Of a stretch of DNA of 8,711 nucleotides, positions 6,791 to 8,711 are shown one piece after another. This DNA comes from a virus. Lineage: Duplodnaviria > Heunggongvirae > Uroviricota > Caudoviricetes. The DNA lies in the IMG/VR virus record IMGVR_UViG_2695420643_000013; one strand, given 5' to 3'. Positions within the stretch are counted from its first letter, which is position 1. Each line of letters begins with the position of its first letter. A model generated the notes under the pieces. That model worked only from the letters and a program-made list of their open reading frames with translations. It searched no databases and had not been told where the DNA came from. The translations under genes and the position numbers were made by a program.

Positions 6791-7507
6791 TTATCCGGCG
6801 GCTGCGCTCACTGTCACGGTGCATTCAACAGACGTCACACTCTGTGCTTTCTCTGCCGAATCGGTCACCACGCAGGTATATTTCCCCGCATCAGCGGACT
6901 GCGCACCTGGCTTACTGAAGGTGTCTGTCGTCTGCCCGTCAACCGGCTGACCATCCTTCTTCCAGGCGTATTTATACGGCGGCGTTCCCCCGTTGGCACT
7001 GACTGACATTGTCAGCAGCGCACCTGTATTCACGGTAAGTGTTTTATCCAGATTTTTCACAAACGCCAGCGGTACCACAAAGGACACCGGTTTGCCTTTC
7101 ATACGCAGTGAAAACGTTGCTGCCACCACGCCGTTGGTACCGGATGACCAGGTGTGCTGACGCACTTCCGCCAGGAACTTAAAGCCCTTACCGGACGGAA
7201 ACAGCACCTTAAACGCATACAACGCGTCATTGTCATAGGCATCACGCAGGGCGTTCTGGGCCTGATTCAGATAAAAATTACCCGACATGGAAATCTCAGA
7301 CGACGCCCCCAGACCGTTGATGTTCTCCTGCTCGGTGGAGCAGAGCGTGGTCACATCAATATCCTGTTTCTGACCGGCGGTGAACTGGACTTCCTTGATG
7401 GTGCAGTCCAGGCGCAGATATTCCGCCTTATCCATAGTTTCAGCAGTCGCCGGGGCAGATGAAATCATCACCTGCGTCAGCTGTGAGCGTTCATACAAAG
7501 CAGACAT
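6791..7507 (-). CDS. Major tail (tube) protein with C-terminal Ig-like domain
   Basis: 238-aa ORF directly upstream of the G/T chaperone pair, the conserved position of the major tail protein. Strong RBS (AGGAGG, 7 nt upstream of the ATG). The C-terminal 80 aa or so (GGTPPYKYAWKKDGQPV...AGKYTCVVTD...VECTVTV) have the pattern of an Ig-like domain, as on lambda gpV and other phage tail tube proteins. Confidence 0.8.
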   Translation of the reverse strand: MSALYERSQLTQVMISSAPATAETMDKAEYLRLDCTIKEVQFTAGQKQDIDVTTLCSTEQENINGLGASSEISMSGNFYLNQAQNALRDAYDNDALYAFKVLFPSGKGFKFLAEVRQHTWSSGTNGVVAATFSLRMKGKPVSFVVPLAFVKNLDKTLTVNTGALLTMSVSANGGTPPYKYAWKKDGQPVDGQTTDTFSKPGAQSADAGKYTCVVTDSAEKAQSVTSVECTVTVSAAAG

Positions 7508-7521
7508 TCTGCCTCCTGATA

Positions 7522-7546
7522 ATAAAAAACCCGCACGCGGCGGGGT
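7522..7546 (-). terminator. Intrinsic-terminator-like hairpin between the tail terminator gene and the major tail gene
   Basis: Minus-strand transcript ACCCCGCCGCGUGCGGGUUUUUUAUU: 5-bp all-GC stem (CCCGC/GCGGG), 5-nt loop, then six U. Lies in the 66-nt intergenic gap after the TGA of ORF 7574..7918 and before the AGGAGG RBS of the major tail gene. Confidence 0.5.
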
Positions 7547-7573
7547 ATGGGTTTTGTAGAAAAAAAGAAAAAG

Positions 7574-7918
7574 TCACACCGTGACCTGAAACTCCAGGGT
7601 TGCACGGTAACAGCGGTTTTCCGGAATATAGTCCTGCATTTCACTGACGGATCCCGGGGCCAGCAGCATTATGGCTTCACGGGCGTCCTGACGTATCTGA
7701 CGCGCCTGCGTCACAGTCCCGGCATAAACGTCTATCTGCACCGACACTGAGGACTCCGCCTGCCCGCCCATCACGTCCGCAGACACCGATGAAATCAGGC
7801 TGAAAACCACCCACGGAAGCGCCACCGACGGCCTGCCATCCAGCAGGGGGACCACATACGGGTACACCTGCCCGCCGGCAAGATGCGCCAGATGAGGATA
7901 CAAATCCGCCTCCGTCAT
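7574..7918 (-). CDS. Tail terminator-like protein (gpU functional analogue), assignment by position and size
   Basis: 114-aa ORF immediately upstream of the major tail protein gene. Start overlaps the upstream stop (ATGA). Small tail-terminator proteins occupy this slot in lambda/HK97/SPP1-type gene orders. I do not recognise specific motifs. Confidence 0.55.
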   Translation of the reverse strand: MTEADLYPHLAHLAGGQVYPYVVPLLDGRPSVALPWVVFSLISSVSADVMGGQAESSVSVQIDVYAGTVTQARQIRQDAREAIMLLAPGSVSEMQDYIPENRCYRATLEFQVTV

Positions 7919-8361
7919 CGTCTCAGTACCTCATCAATGGCCCGGTTCATCCGTGCAATCGCCACTTGCGCTGCCTGTTCACTGCGCACATCAAACGCCG
8001 GACGCACAAACGGGTGCGGTGGCATATTCACGGTCCCCATTTCCACAAACCGCCAGTAGAAAGCATTGCGCGGGTTATCCGCCTTCATGGTGTTATCGCT
8101 GTTACCGGTGTCCGGATTAACACCCCGGATATGCACACCGGATTCCATCCCGCCATCGCGGGAGCGCCGGGAAAGGACCACCACATTGCGGCGCAGTTTT
8201 CCCCTGCGTACCGGTGCCCGTGACACCACTTCTTCTTTCAGCACATTCGCACCCGCACGGGTTGCCTCACGCAGCACCCGGTTATTTTCTGCACCACTCA
8301 GAAGCTGCAAATCGCGGCTGATGTCCTCCAGCCCCGAAAAATCCAGCAGGGTTTCGATCAT
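7915..8361 (-). CDS. HK97 gp10-like neck/tail-completion protein (tentative)
   Basis: 148-aa ORF in the neck gene cluster. The C-terminal region (NMPPHPFVRPAFD) resembles what I recall of the HK97-gp10 family. Translationally coupled on both sides by ATGA overlaps. Confidence 0.55.
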   Translation of the reverse strand: MIETLLDFSGLEDISRDLQLLSGAENNRVLREATRAGANVLKEEVVSRAPVRRGKLRRNVVVLSRRSRDGGMESGVHIRGVNPDTGNSDNTMKADNPRNAFYWRFVEMGTVNMPPHPFVRPAFDVRSEQAAQVAIARMNRAIDEVLRR

Positions 8362-8708
8362 TTTTCACCTCCCAGCCGACAGAGAATTTCCAGACGTCCG
8401 CCGGTCGCATCCGGCACGGGCAGCCCGACAACGTTCAGGATCCGGTCACGCCAGGGACCACTCAGCACATGAAGTCGTGACGCTGCCGTGATTTCCCGAC
8501 CGGACTGACCGCGCACCCAGATGCGGATTTCCGCCTGCGCCATTTCCGCACCGGACTGCATCCGCTCCCGGCTGCTCCTGCCACGGATATCCGCATGAAT
8601 TTTCCCGCATGACACCCATTCTTCCGTCATTTCTCCGGCAGCATTACGGGTTAACACCGGGTTCAGAACACTTATCATCTGTGTCAGACGACCTGCAGAT
8701 ATTGCCAT
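8358..8708 (-). CDS. Head-tail adaptor / head closure protein (SPP1 gp16-like family, tentative)
   Basis: 116-aa ORF, first gene of the neck cluster in the window. Size, position and general pattern are consistent with phage head-tail joining proteins. Start is 3 nt from the window edge, so the true start could lie upstream. Confidence 0.5.
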   Translation of the reverse strand: MAISAGRLTQMISVLNPVLTRNAAGEMTEEWVSCGKIHADIRGRSSRERMQSGAEMAQAEIRIWVRGQSGREITAASRLHVLSGPWRDRILNVVGLPVPDATGGRLEILCRLGGEK

Positions 8709-8711
8709 TCC

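Noticed and set aside
6775-6824. N-terminal 17 codons of the chaperone ORF as given in the track (start at 6824)
   Set aside because: That start would overlap the 3' end of the major tail gene by 34 nt and has no RBS. The internal ATG at 6774 follows the V stop and has a good Shine-Dalgarno, so I annotate 6402..6774.
7551-7573. A-rich run (agaaaaaaagaaaaag) as a possible slippery or frameshift element
   Set aside because: It lies in the intergenic gap after the stop of ORF 7574..7918, outside any coding frame. It is more simply part of the U-rich region flanking the terminator-like hairpin on the minus transcript.
1-8711. CRISPR arrays, tRNA/ncRNA genes, integrase/attachment sites, toxin-antitoxin or defence/anti-defence cargo
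   Set aside because: No short direct repeats with spacers and no tRNA-like structures noticed. No plus-strand or inserted ORFs interrupt the tightly packed, translationally coupled structural operon. The window appears to contain only morphogenesis genes.

Overview
The whole window is the neck-to-tail morphogenesis block of a lambdoid siphovirus (probably an enterobacterial prophage), with every credible gene on the minus strand. Read in transcription order (high to low coordinate): head-tail adaptor, HK97-gp10-like neck/tail-completion protein, tail-terminator-like protein, major tail tube protein with a C-terminal Ig-like domain, tail assembly chaperone G and its -1 frameshift extension T, a 1080-aa lambda-H-type tape measure protein, then minor tail proteins M and L and the start of K. 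The unusual part is at 1..2811: the M-L-K(5') block is present twice in tandem (period about 1326 bp). This gives two full L genes, an in-frame chimeric ORF joining the K N-terminal JAMM/MPN domain (residues 1-99) to an almost complete M (from about residue 4), and a second, apparently intact K running off the window start. Identity between the copies is very uneven (K 5' about 99% nt, L about 94% aa, M about half of residues), which points to mosaic recombination rather than a simple recent duplication. I also mapped a dnaX-type A_AAA_AAG slippery heptamer for the G-T frameshift and two terminator-like hairpins inside the late operon. No defence system, CRISPR array, RNA gene, integrase or cargo gene is visible; all plus-strand ORFs in the track look like antisense artefacts. 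Homology statements rest on my recollection of lambda protein sequences and motifs, not on any database search.
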